64,000 nucleotides of DNA from Malacoraja senta (Eukaryota), in the NCBI GenBank assembly GCA_038087875.1, contig CM075996.1, positions 7,504,001 to 7,568,000 of the forward strand. The letters run 5' to 3'. Shown one piece after another: positions 13,639 through 24,200 of this stretch; position 1 is the first letter of the stretch, and each line of letters opens with the position of its first letter. Under the pieces are notes generated by a model. That model saw nothing but the letters and a program-made list of their open reading frames with translations. It searched no databases and was not told where the DNA came from. The translations under genes were made by a program, and so were the position numbers.

Positions 13639-16379
13639 GTCATCACTATCCCAACAACATTCTCCCAGCCAATTACCTTCAGTCCAGAAACAAAGAAGAT
13701 CCTGACAATAGACTTGAGTATAGAAGTTAGGAGGTCATGTTGCAGTTATTTAAGATGTTGGTGAGGCTGCATTTAGAGTATTGTGTTCAGTTCTGGGCAC
13801 CGTGTTATAGGAAAGATGTTGTCAAGTTGGAAAAGATGAGGAAAAGATTTACAAGGATGTTGTCAGGATGAGAGGGTGTGAGCTATAGGGAGAAGTTGAT
13901 CAGGCTGGGTCTCTATTCCCTGGAGCGCCGGAGGATGAGGATCTTATGGAAGTGTATAAACTCATGACAGGAATAGATTGGGTAAATGCACAGAGTCTTT
14001 TGCCCAGAGTAGGGGAATCGAGGACCAGAGGACATCGATTTAAGGTGAGGGGGGGAGGGGGGGGGGAGGAAGGTTTTATAGGAATCTGAGGGGTAACCTT
14101 TTTCACACAAAGGGTGGCGAGTGTATGGAACAAGCTGCTGGAAGAGGTAGTTGAGGCAGGGACTATCACAACATGTAAGAAGCAATCAGACAGGTGCATG
14201 GATAGGACAGGTTTAGAGGGATATGGGCCAAACGCTGGCAAATGGGACTAAGTGTAGATGGGGCATATTGGTCGGTGTGGGGTGCAGGGCCTGTTTCCAC
14301 ACTGTGTGACTATGTGACTCTACAACCAAGGCACAGAATGATCCCACAAAGCAACAATGCGTTAATGGAGAGATCAATTGATTGAGTGACACGGCTTGAA
14401 AGATATAAATGTTGGGCTGGGAAGGGCTCTAATTTTATACATTTTATTTCTTTTTGTGTTTTGGGGTTTTTTTTTAATTTATTTTTGGGTTATATTTGCA
14501 TTTGTTGGGTTATATTTACACTGTGGGGACTGGAAGTACCGACTAGGTGTACATAACCTGGTGTTGGTTCAATGGGCCATGTTTACACGGTTCCGCTCCC
14601 AGTTTGCAGGTTCGTGGAAAGCTAAACAACAGAGCACTCAAAGTATCAGCCACCATTTGGGACAATTTCTATGCAAGCTCTCATCTGCACCCTCCAAATC
14701 CTTGCCCGGCCATCAAATGGAAGTATGACAATATTTTTGGGCCTGGAATCATTACTACAAGATCATAAGCTCATAAGACATCGGAGCAGAATTAGGCCAT
14801 TCGGCCCATCGAGTCCACAAGAGAGAGCTAGATAGGGCTCTTAAAGATAGCGGAGTCAGGGGATATGGGGAGAAGGCAGGAACGGGGTACTGATTGGGGA
14901 TGATCAGCCATGATCACATTGAATGGCGGTGCTGGCTCGAAGGGCCGAATGACCTACTCCTGCACCTATTGTCTATTGTTTATTGTCATTTGATCATGGC
15001 TTATGTTCATAAGCTCGTAAGGCATAGAAGCAAAATTAGGCCATTCGGCCCACCGAGTCCACTCCGCTATTCGATCATGGCTCAGAAGTTCATAAGCTCA
15101 TAAGACATCGGAGCAGAATTAGGCCATTCGGCCCATCGAGTCTGCTCTGCCGTTCGATCATGGCTGCTCTACCTTCCCCTCTCCACCCCATTCCCCTGCC
15201 TTCTCCCCGTGACCTTGGACACCCGTACTAATCAAGAACCTATCAATCTCTGCTGTACAAATACCCAATGGGTATTTCAAATACCCACTGTTTCACTAGA
15301 GCCCCTAGAACAGGTACATCACAGGTTGGAATCAGAGTCACGAGCGCTCTTTTCCGTCAGCAAATACTCCCTTTTTATATAATCCCAGAGAGTTGTAGAA
15401 TCAATAGTATGTATTCTACATAATCTACATAAAGTAGACCATCTGATAAATGGTTTCATTTTCATTATAAGCTACATTGAAAAGATTTGTTTTACATGCT
15501 GTTCCAATCAGATCAGATAAATCTCTACATAAATACAATAAAGTCACTCAAGTACAATATTATGTCGTACTATTGTACTGAAGTTTGCCTTCATTGTATT
15601 AAAGTATAGTATTATTTGATTAGAGAATAGTGGATGTAGCCCAGTCCATCACACAGGCCAGACTTCCCACCATTAACTCCATCTAAATTTCACACGGACA
15701 GTGCCCCAGCTTATGGAAGGACCGTTCAGAAGCCTGATAACAGAGGGGAAGAAGCTGTTCCTAAGTCTGGTGGTGCGGGCTTTCAAACTTGTGTATCTTT
15801 TGCCCAACCTCACTCTCATTCCAAACTGTAACGTATCCAGTCTGGGAGCTTTTGATGGAACTGGGTCGAAGAAAGCTAACTCTCTATCTAACCCCAATGT
15901 ATGTATTTAATGGGATAACAAAGCGAGCACTGCTGTGTGTAACAAGTATTGCACTTGCTCTGGAAGAATTTAATTTAGTTCAGAGTTACAGCGTGGAAAC
16001 AGGCCCTTCAACCCACCAAGTCCGCACCGACCAGCGATCCTTGCACCCTTACACTATCCTACATACTAGAGACAATTTACAATTATACCTAGCCGATTAA
16101 CCTACAAACCTGTATGTCTTTGAGGTGTGGGAGGAAACCGGAGATCCCAGAGAAACCCACGCAGGTCACAGGGAGAACGTGCAAAATCTATACAGACAGC
16201 ACCCGTAGTTAGGATCGAACCCGGGTCCCTGGCGCTGTAAGGCAGCGACTCTACTGCAGTGCCACCGTGCCGCCCACACTCAGTTTATCACAAATGTAAA
16301 ATATTTTCTCCCGATAATAACATATACAGGTATAGAAAGGTGATTTCAGTTTTAGAAACTCCCAGTGCAGGTGGAGCAG

Positions 16380-16610
16380 GGATCACACATGGAGTAGAAC
16401 CACCTCTACACTGCCCCCATCAAATATATGCTTCACAGATACAACATGTGTTACTACAGAGGAAGCTAACTCTACACTGTTCCATCACACATTTCTAGGG
16501 CAAGGACAGTGTGGGTCAGATACAGAGTGAAGCTCCCTCTACACAGTCCCATTGAACACTGCAGGGACAGTGTGGGTCAGATACAGAGCAGAGCTCTCCC
16601 TGTGCAGTGC
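16380..16610. repeat. Degenerate tandem repeat (unit about 60 bp: …ctccctctacacagtccc…gggacagtgtgggtcagatacagag)
   Basis: Three to four decayed copies directly upstream of IGF exon 3. Confidence 0.7.
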
Positions 16611-16683
16611 TTGTAAGGCAAGGTGGCTGAGTGATTCCGTTTGTTTCTCGTGTACTCATTGCCTCCATTTTCCCGGGTGGCAG

Positions 16684-16844
16684 TCAGCAGGATGGGCCGC
16701 CGGAGTCGCCGGAACCGAGGCATCGTGGAGGAATGCTGCTTCCGCAGCTGCGACCTCCTCATCCTGGAGACCTACTGTGCTGTCCCGCGAGAGGCCGTCA
16801 GACCCACACTGCCCACGGCCTCGCAGAGGCCTCTGCTGCACCGG
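16684..16844 (+). CDS. igf3: IGF exon 3: C, A and D domains plus start of E domain ([54 protein letters not shown])
   Basis: Acceptor cag| in phase 1 (G|TC = Val); [20 protein letters not shown]-domain; donor CGG|gtaagg phase 0. Confidence 0.95.
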
Positions 16845-17039
16845 GTAAGGAGCACAGAGAGACACAGCACCTTCCCCCCGGCCCTCTGTGAGAGCCCCAT
16901 CCACTGTGGCCATGTCCTCTCCCTCGTACCGACACACCATGTTCATCGGTACACAACTGAGCAGCAACCCTCACCCAGAACAAGCTACAAACAATGATCA
17001 CTGTCACATCAGGGACTGTTGTGTCCACACATTAAATAT

Positions 17040-17660
17040 AACATAATGTAGCATCAATAACATCATCACATTGTGTAAATTAATGACATCATCACTTTAT
17101 GTAGAGTTAATGATGTCATCACATTGTGTATAATTAATGACATCATCACATTATGTACAGATAATGGCATCACATTATGTATAATCAATTACATCATCAC
17201 ATTTTGTATATTTAGTGATGTCATCACATTACGTCCAGTCAATTACATCATCACATTTGGTGTAGTTAGAGATGTTATCACATTACGTAAGTCAATTACA
17301 TCATCACATTAGGTATAGTTAGTGATGTCATCACATTACGTACAGTCAATTACATCATCACATTTGGTATATTTAGTGATGTCATCACATTACGTATAGT
17401 TAATGACATCATCAGATTATGTATAGTCAATTACATCATCACATGTGTAGTTAGTGTAGTTAGAGATGTCATCACATTACGTATAGTTAATGACGTCATC
17501 GCATTATGTATAGTCAATTACATCATCACATTATGTATAGTTAGTGACATCATCACATTATATGTATATGGTCAATTGCATCATCACATTAGGCATAGTT
17601 AGTGATGTCATCACATTACATATAGTCAATGACATCACATCAGGTATAGTTAGTGATGTG
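17040..17660. repeat. Minisatellite of about 27 bp (catcatcacattatgtatagtcaatta / tgatgtcatcacattacgtatagtta) in IGF intron 3
   Basis: Roughly 20 visible tandem units. Confidence 0.9.
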
Positions 17661-17696
17661 ACTATGCTTCCCGTTGTTTCATCCTCTGTCAAACAG

Positions 17697-17942
17697 ATAA
17701 CGGGGAAACGGTCCCTAGGCTGTGAACAGGAGGAGTCACCAGACCCTGGCACGCACCCGGACAGTGACTGGGGCAACGCTGATCTTGCTTCCACAACCAA
17801 ATACAAGACTGGTGACTGGGATGGAGAGGGCCGCATATCGCAACACCACTACCCACCCCGGCACGGGGTGTGGGTGAGCACGCCAGTGCCCCCACCCCAG
17901 GGAGAGCCCAGCCTCCCCCATCAGCACCCTAAACCAATCTGA
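17697..17942 (+). CDS. igf3: IGF exon 4: E-peptide to stop (ITGKRSLGCEQEES…PHQHPKPI*)
   Basis: Polypyrimidine acceptor tttcatcctctgtcaaacag| in phase 0; 81 open codons in unique sequence; KR dibasic site. Total CDS is 214 aa. No poly(A) signal identified. Confidence 0.7.
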   Translation: MTGKRSLGCEQEESPDPGTHPDSDWGNADLASTTKYKTGDWDGEGRISQHHYPPRHGVWVSTPVPPPQGEPSLPHQHPKPI

Positions 17943-18878
17943 CTGAGCGGATAGGCGGTTGGAACTGATTACATTAACCTTTGACCTCTAGGGAAGACCC
18001 GCGGTGTGGCCGGTCCATAGGCCCGTTTCTGGTCAACAACAAGCAGAGAGTGGGCGCGAGGGACGGTGTTGGAAGCACCAGAGGGAAAGATCTCCCTCAG
18101 TCCAGCAAAGGAATCTTTTAGTTGCCTCAGTCCAAGGGGGTGGGTGCTTCAAAGGACGGTGAGGACTGGAGGGAGTGGCCGAGATCTTTCTCCAGTGCTG
18201 CCACCAGCCCTCTGGCAGCAGCCATTTTGTTTGTCTTCTTCTGGGCTCTCTCTGTTGCTAAGGACTTCGCCCATGCAGCAAAGGTGTGCAGATCAGGTCG
18301 GGCAACAAACAAGCTTAGACCAAACCAAGACTATTGAAGAAATGAGCAAAGGCAGCAGTGAAATTCCTCCCGTGGGCTTCATGAGTTCAAATGCAAGGCA
18401 CAATATTGGCAGATTATAACAGGCCCAAATGTGAGTGAGATAAAATCAGCCTACAGGTCTCCTCCTTGACTACTCCCTCCATCTGAACTGGAGAGGCATG
18501 GTGGCGCAGCGATAGAGTTGCTGCCTCACAGCACCAGAGACGCAGGTTTGATCCCGACCTTGGGTGCTGTCCGTGTGGATGCTCATCCTGTGATCGCGTG
18601 GGTTTCCTCCGGGTGCTCCGGTTTCCTCCCACATCCCAAAGATGTGCGAGTTTGTAGATTAATTGGCCCTCTGTAAAATTGCCCCTCGAGTGTAGGGAGT
18701 GGATGAGTAAGTGGGATAACACGGAATAGTGCGAGTGGGTGAACGTGGACTCGGTGGGCTGAAGGGCCTGTTTCCACACTGTATCTTTCAATGATTCAAT
18801 GAACATTAATCTCAAAACTGTTAGTCACACATCTGAATCCAACTCGTAATTGCCATTTCTTGTGTATAACCTGCTTTA

Positions 18879-19302
18879 AGGGGCTGTCCCACTGCGGCGA
18901 CCTAATTGGCGAGTTTAGAAGAGTTTGAAAAAGTGTCATGTTGAAGACCTCCTCCGACTATGTTGAAGACTAGCTTCGACTATCTACGACTACCTTCGAT
19001 TACCTTCGACTACCCTCGATTACCTACGAATAACATGCCGACCTACTACGACCTACTTCGACTAAACCTATGAGTAAAAAAAGTATCGATTTTTTTCCAT
19101 GGCGACCTTTTTTTACTCGCGGGCATTTTTCAGCGCGTTGAAAAATACACCGCGACCTAGCTGAGGCCTCGAGTACACGGGGATTACTCCATGAAGGAGA
19201 GTTACAAACACCTAGGACCTCGTGTCGACCATGCTGCGAGTATGAGTCGAGGGCAAACTCGTCTAACCTCGCCAATTAGGTCGCCGCAGTGGGACAGCCC
19301 CT
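18879..19302. mobile_element. PIF/Harbinger-type MITE. Relatives at about 12742-12940, 20257-20583, 23401-23721, 26096-26391, 35781-36087, 39991-40217, 47619-48146, 57466-57645 (partial), 63416-63735
   Basis: Perfect TIR of about 35 bp (aggggctgtcccactgcggcgacctaattggcgag) with TTA TSD; the relatives share ctgtcccac termini and TWA flanks. Confidence 0.88.
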
Positions 19303-21243
19303 TTATTTGTAATATGACACGTGTATGATCTGCCTTCTGTACTCTGCCATGTTGGCAACATGTCTTTTGTACAATGTGCTCTCTGTACAACATAATCTGT
19401 ACATAAAACTCTCTGCATGTAACAAATTCTGTGTACGACATATCCTGGGTATATTATGCCTGGTCCATAACACTGTGTATAAAGATATACGGCATGGGGG
19501 GTGTAGCGTAGAGTCGCTGCCTCACAGCGCTAGAGATCCGGGTTCGATCATGACTCCAGATGCTGTCTGTACGGAGTTTGTACATTCTCCCCCCGTGAAC
19601 TGTGTGGGTTTTCTCCGGGTGCTCCGGTTTCCTCCCACACTCCAAAGACGTACTGGTTTGTGGGTTAATGCGCTTGGTAAAGATTGCAAATTGTCCCTGG
19701 AGTGTAGGATGGTGCTAGAGTACGTAGATCGCTTCAATGGCCACAGACAATTCTCTACAGTAAATGGCAGAGTCCCCTTTCTTAATCCGGCAAGTACCAC
19801 ATTCATGGCAAACCCACATGTCCTTTTATCCCAAGCCCGATATACACCACACATTCTCTATACCCCACACCAAGCCGTATCCCAAACTCGGTATAAAACA
19901 TACTTCCTTTCCATTACACCTCCCTGCATCTGAGATCCATGGAATTTAGAACATAGAACAGGCCCTTCTGCCCACTCTTTGGGTCTGAAGAAGGATCCCG
20001 ACCAGAAACGTCACCTATCCTTTTTCCCCAGAGATGGTGCCTGATCCACTGAGTTACTCCAGCACTTTATACTTGTCTCCATTTTGGCCCACAATGGCCC
20101 ACAATGGCTGTGTTGAACAGATTAACCTAATCTCCTGTGCCCGCTTGTGATCTATCTTCCTTCATTCCCTGCATATCCAACTGCCTAGATAATAATCTTA
20201 CTGATCTGTATGTTAAAAAAATGAATCTCACTGTACCTTGGTACATGTGATAGTAATGGGCCTGTCCCACTTGGCAATTTTTAGGCAACTGCCGGCGACT
20301 GTCATAGTCGCAGCAGGTCGCCGAAAAACCGGCGACAACCTGCGTCATCCTGGCGACGACCGACGACAGCACCTACGTCAGGAGAAGTCAAGCTATGCTC
20401 ATTGGCGTCAAACCCACCGTCGCCGAAATATTTTCAACATGTTGAAAATTTAGTGGCGACCGGAAAGACGCTACGACTTTTTGCCCGACTGAGGAGACTA
20501 CTCCCGGCGACCGCTGGCGAACATGTGGCGACAAACTAGTCGCCTGTAGTTGCCTAAAAAATCGCCTAAGTGGGACAGGCCCATAAAGGAACCATTGAAC
20601 TATTGAAGGCAACGGAGGTAGGAAGCCTCAAGTATCATGGAGATTTGGAAGAACATAGCAGAGATAGTAAATGGAGGGATTGGAATATGATTTCGTTTAG
20701 TTGAGAGATACAGGCCCTTCGGTCCACACCGACCACCGATCCCCACGCACTAACTCTATCCTACACACAACAAAGGACAACGTACACATACACCAAGCCA
20801 ATTAGCCTACAAACCTGTAGGTCTTTGCAGTGTGGGAGGAAACCGAAGACCTCAGAGAAAACCCACACGGTCACGGGGAGAACGTAAAAACTCCATATAG
20901 ACAGCGTCCGCAGTCGGGATCGAACCCGGGTCTCCGGTGCTGCAAGCGCTGTAAGGCAGCAACTCTACCACCACTGTGCCACCCATGATGTTAAAACATT
21001 TAAACTCAAGGCATTGTAATGCCTTGTAAAGTACAGCAGTGAGATTGGGTGACTAATTGTGTTTTGACATGATCACTGCCATTGCTTCATCAGCAGAGAG
21101 TTAATGTTCTCTCCGCTGAATTTCCCAACTTTGATTTGTTGCCAGGGTCACTTGCTTAAACCCTTGACTTGTTTGCATGTTATTTTTGGCATGTTTTCAC
21201 GGCTGCATGTAAGGTTTACCAGTTCAGTTGAAACCCAGGAGCC

Positions 21244-24200
21244 ATGAAGACATGGTAGGTTAGGTTTAGGCTTATTATTGTCACGTGTGCAGAGGGCCTG
21301 TTGTTTTGCACCCTATCCTGTCAAACCAGGTATAGTTGACACCATCAATGTCCATGCCGACGAATGATCTCTCCCATGCCGACTAGTTTTCTCCCAGGCA
21401 CGGAAATCGCTATCAAAACATGCGGGGGACACAATTTCTTGGTGGCCACGCGCGCGCATGCGCACACAAACGCGAGGCTTCGGCCGTGGGCCCTGTAGAC
21501 GGTAACATCGGGGGCTGACCTGGTTGGTGACCGACTCCAAACTCCAGCAACAGCAGCTTCATCCGCCCCGCGGCCCCGAATCGTGGGGCTTGAATCGGCC
21601 CGTTCATGGGGTCTTTCATCGGCTGGCGGGGGCTTCAACATCGGGAGCCTCAATCGCCTCGACGCAGCAGTTTGATTTTAAGCCGCACCGGGCACTGAAA
21701 GGCCCCGCGAACGGGCCGATTCAGCCCTTAGAAAGCGACTGATAAAGTCCGGATTACAAAACATGGGGGGGGGGGGGGAGGGGGAGGAAATCTTCCCCCT
21801 CTCAAAGCGGGGGGGGGGGCATGTCCCCCTGTCCCCCCCCAGGATTTCCGCCCTATACATTTGGTATAATTTGCAGAAGGCCAATTAACCTACAAACCTA
21901 CGTCTTTGGAAAGTGGGAGGAAACCAGTGCATCTGGAGAAAACCCATGTGGCCACAGGGAGAACATACAAACTCCGTACAGACAGCATCTTGCTCTACGT
22001 CTAATGACTTTATGAAATATTCTATTTGCCAAAAAGTAAAGGATTAAATTACGGTTTTGTAGTTTTGTAACTACCTTAAATATTTTTCACATCAAATTCC
22101 TCCTATGGTGGTCATTGCTGTTGGCCTTTATGGTCATTAAGGTAAATACACAAATATTCCAGTTTTTATCTTACAAGCACAAGTATTGGTGTTAATGGAG
22201 AATGAACCTCTGATAGGGGAACACGTCTTTGTCAAACCTTGGTGTTACTCAACATCCCATCCCAGGACGGCACTGTGGCGCAGTGGTAGAGTTGCTGCCT
22301 CACAACGCCATGGGTTCAATCCCGACTACGGGTGCTGTCTGTATGGAGTTTGTACCATCTCCCCGTGACCTGCGTGGGTTTTCTCCGGAAGCTTGCTTAG
22401 ACTTCAGAGATACTCCGGTTTCCCCCCACACTCCAAAGACGACAGGTTTGTAGGTTAATTGGGTTGGTATAATTGTAAATTGTCGCTAGTGTGTAGGATA
22501 GTGTTAATGTGCGGGGATCGCTGGCGTGGCCAAGCTGGCCATCCGCGAGTCTTGAAGCCAGGTGGAAGATGGCTCTGTCTTTGTCAAACCTTGGCATTAC
22601 TAAACATCCCATCCCAGGACGGCAAGGTAACGCAGTGGAAGAGTTGCTGCCTCACAGCGCCAGAGGCATGGGTTCGATCCTGACTACGGGTGCTGTCTGT
22701 ATGGAGTTTGTATATAATCACCGTGACCTGCGTGGGTTTCCTCCGGGTGCTCCGGTTTCCTCCCACATCTCAAAGATAAGCAGGTTTGTAGGTTAATTGG
22801 CTTCTGTAAATTGTCCCTAGTGTGTGTAGGATAGAAGGTCCAGTTTCCAAACTGTGCTTCTAAACTAAATTAACTATCAAACTGTCCTTCCTCCACCATC
22901 ATCCCCTCTTCATGTCCAGTACTATCGAGGCCGCTAAATCACTTTTGAGCCACCTCACTGTCTTTCCTCCCCAACAGTAGCTCACCTGAAGATTAGACAT
23001 CAATTCCTCGTGACTCCAGGATAGTCCCTGAGGATTGGCGACGCAATTCCAAGAATGTCCACCAGAGGAGGTGCATGGTCCCGTGGACAAAGGTTGACTC
23101 GTTGGTTCCCTCTCCCCAGTCTCTCAGCCTGAAGAAGGGTCTCGACCTGACACGTCACCCACTCCTTCTCTCCAGAGATGCTGCCTGTCCCGCTGAGTTA
23201 CTCCAGCATTTTGTGTCCATCTTCCGTGTAAACCAGCATCCGCAGTTCCTTCCAACACATCCTGACATTTTCCACGCTGAGTTTTCTCCCAGTGCTCCGG
23301 TTTCCTCCCACATCCCAAAGATGTGTGAAAGATGAAGGGTCTCGACTCGAAACGCCACTTATTCCTTTTCACCAGAGATGCTGCCAGGCCCTCTGAGTTA
23401 AACCCCTGTCCCACGGTACGAGTTCATTCCAAGAGTTCTCCTTAGTTTGCCCTGATTCGAAACTCGGAGATTTACGGTAATGGCCGTTCGTCGGTACTCG
23501 GGGCTCTCGTGGACATTTTTCAACATGTTGAAAAATCTTCACGAGTCTTCCCGTGCTTACCTGCCGTTAGCGAGTCTTCCCGAGTACCTGCCGTTAGCGC
23601 CAAGAGACGCCCCCGAGCTCCGACGTACCCGCTACGTTCATTCTCCGTGCTTACCACGAGTTTGATTTTTTTTAAACTCGGGAGAGCTCTTGGAATGAAC
23701 TCGTACCGTGGGACAGGGCTATTACTCCAGTCTTTTGTGTCTGTCTACGGTTTTAACCAGCATCTGCAGTTCGTTCCAAAGATGTGTGTGTTTATAGGTT
23801 GATTATGCTTCTGTAAGTTGCCCCTAATGTGTAGGGACTGGACGTGAATGTGGTATAACATAGAACTAGTGTGAAGGGACTGTTTCCATGGTGGGAAATA
23901 TCATCCTTCAGATGAAACTTAAAGAAAGAGCCTCTGTAATAACACAACTGCACCACATTAAAATATAATCAGTTGGGTTATCCTGACAAGGTCAGCAAAT
24001 ATTTATCTTTGAATCGCCAGTGAAACAGATCATCTAGTTCTTGTCATGTGTTGAAAAGAAAAAAATATTTTGTTACGCAAAAAATTAGTCACTACATTTT
24101 TACTTTGCTACAGTATCTAACTTTTGCAAATATTGTGATTTGGGTAAGGGAGGGAGGTTGGTGGAAAGGGTGCTATGGAAATGCAAGACCTTCTTGTCAT

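Noticed and set aside
19325..19933. 202-aa ORF
   Set aside because: Runs through low-complexity sequence and a SINE; no coding signature.
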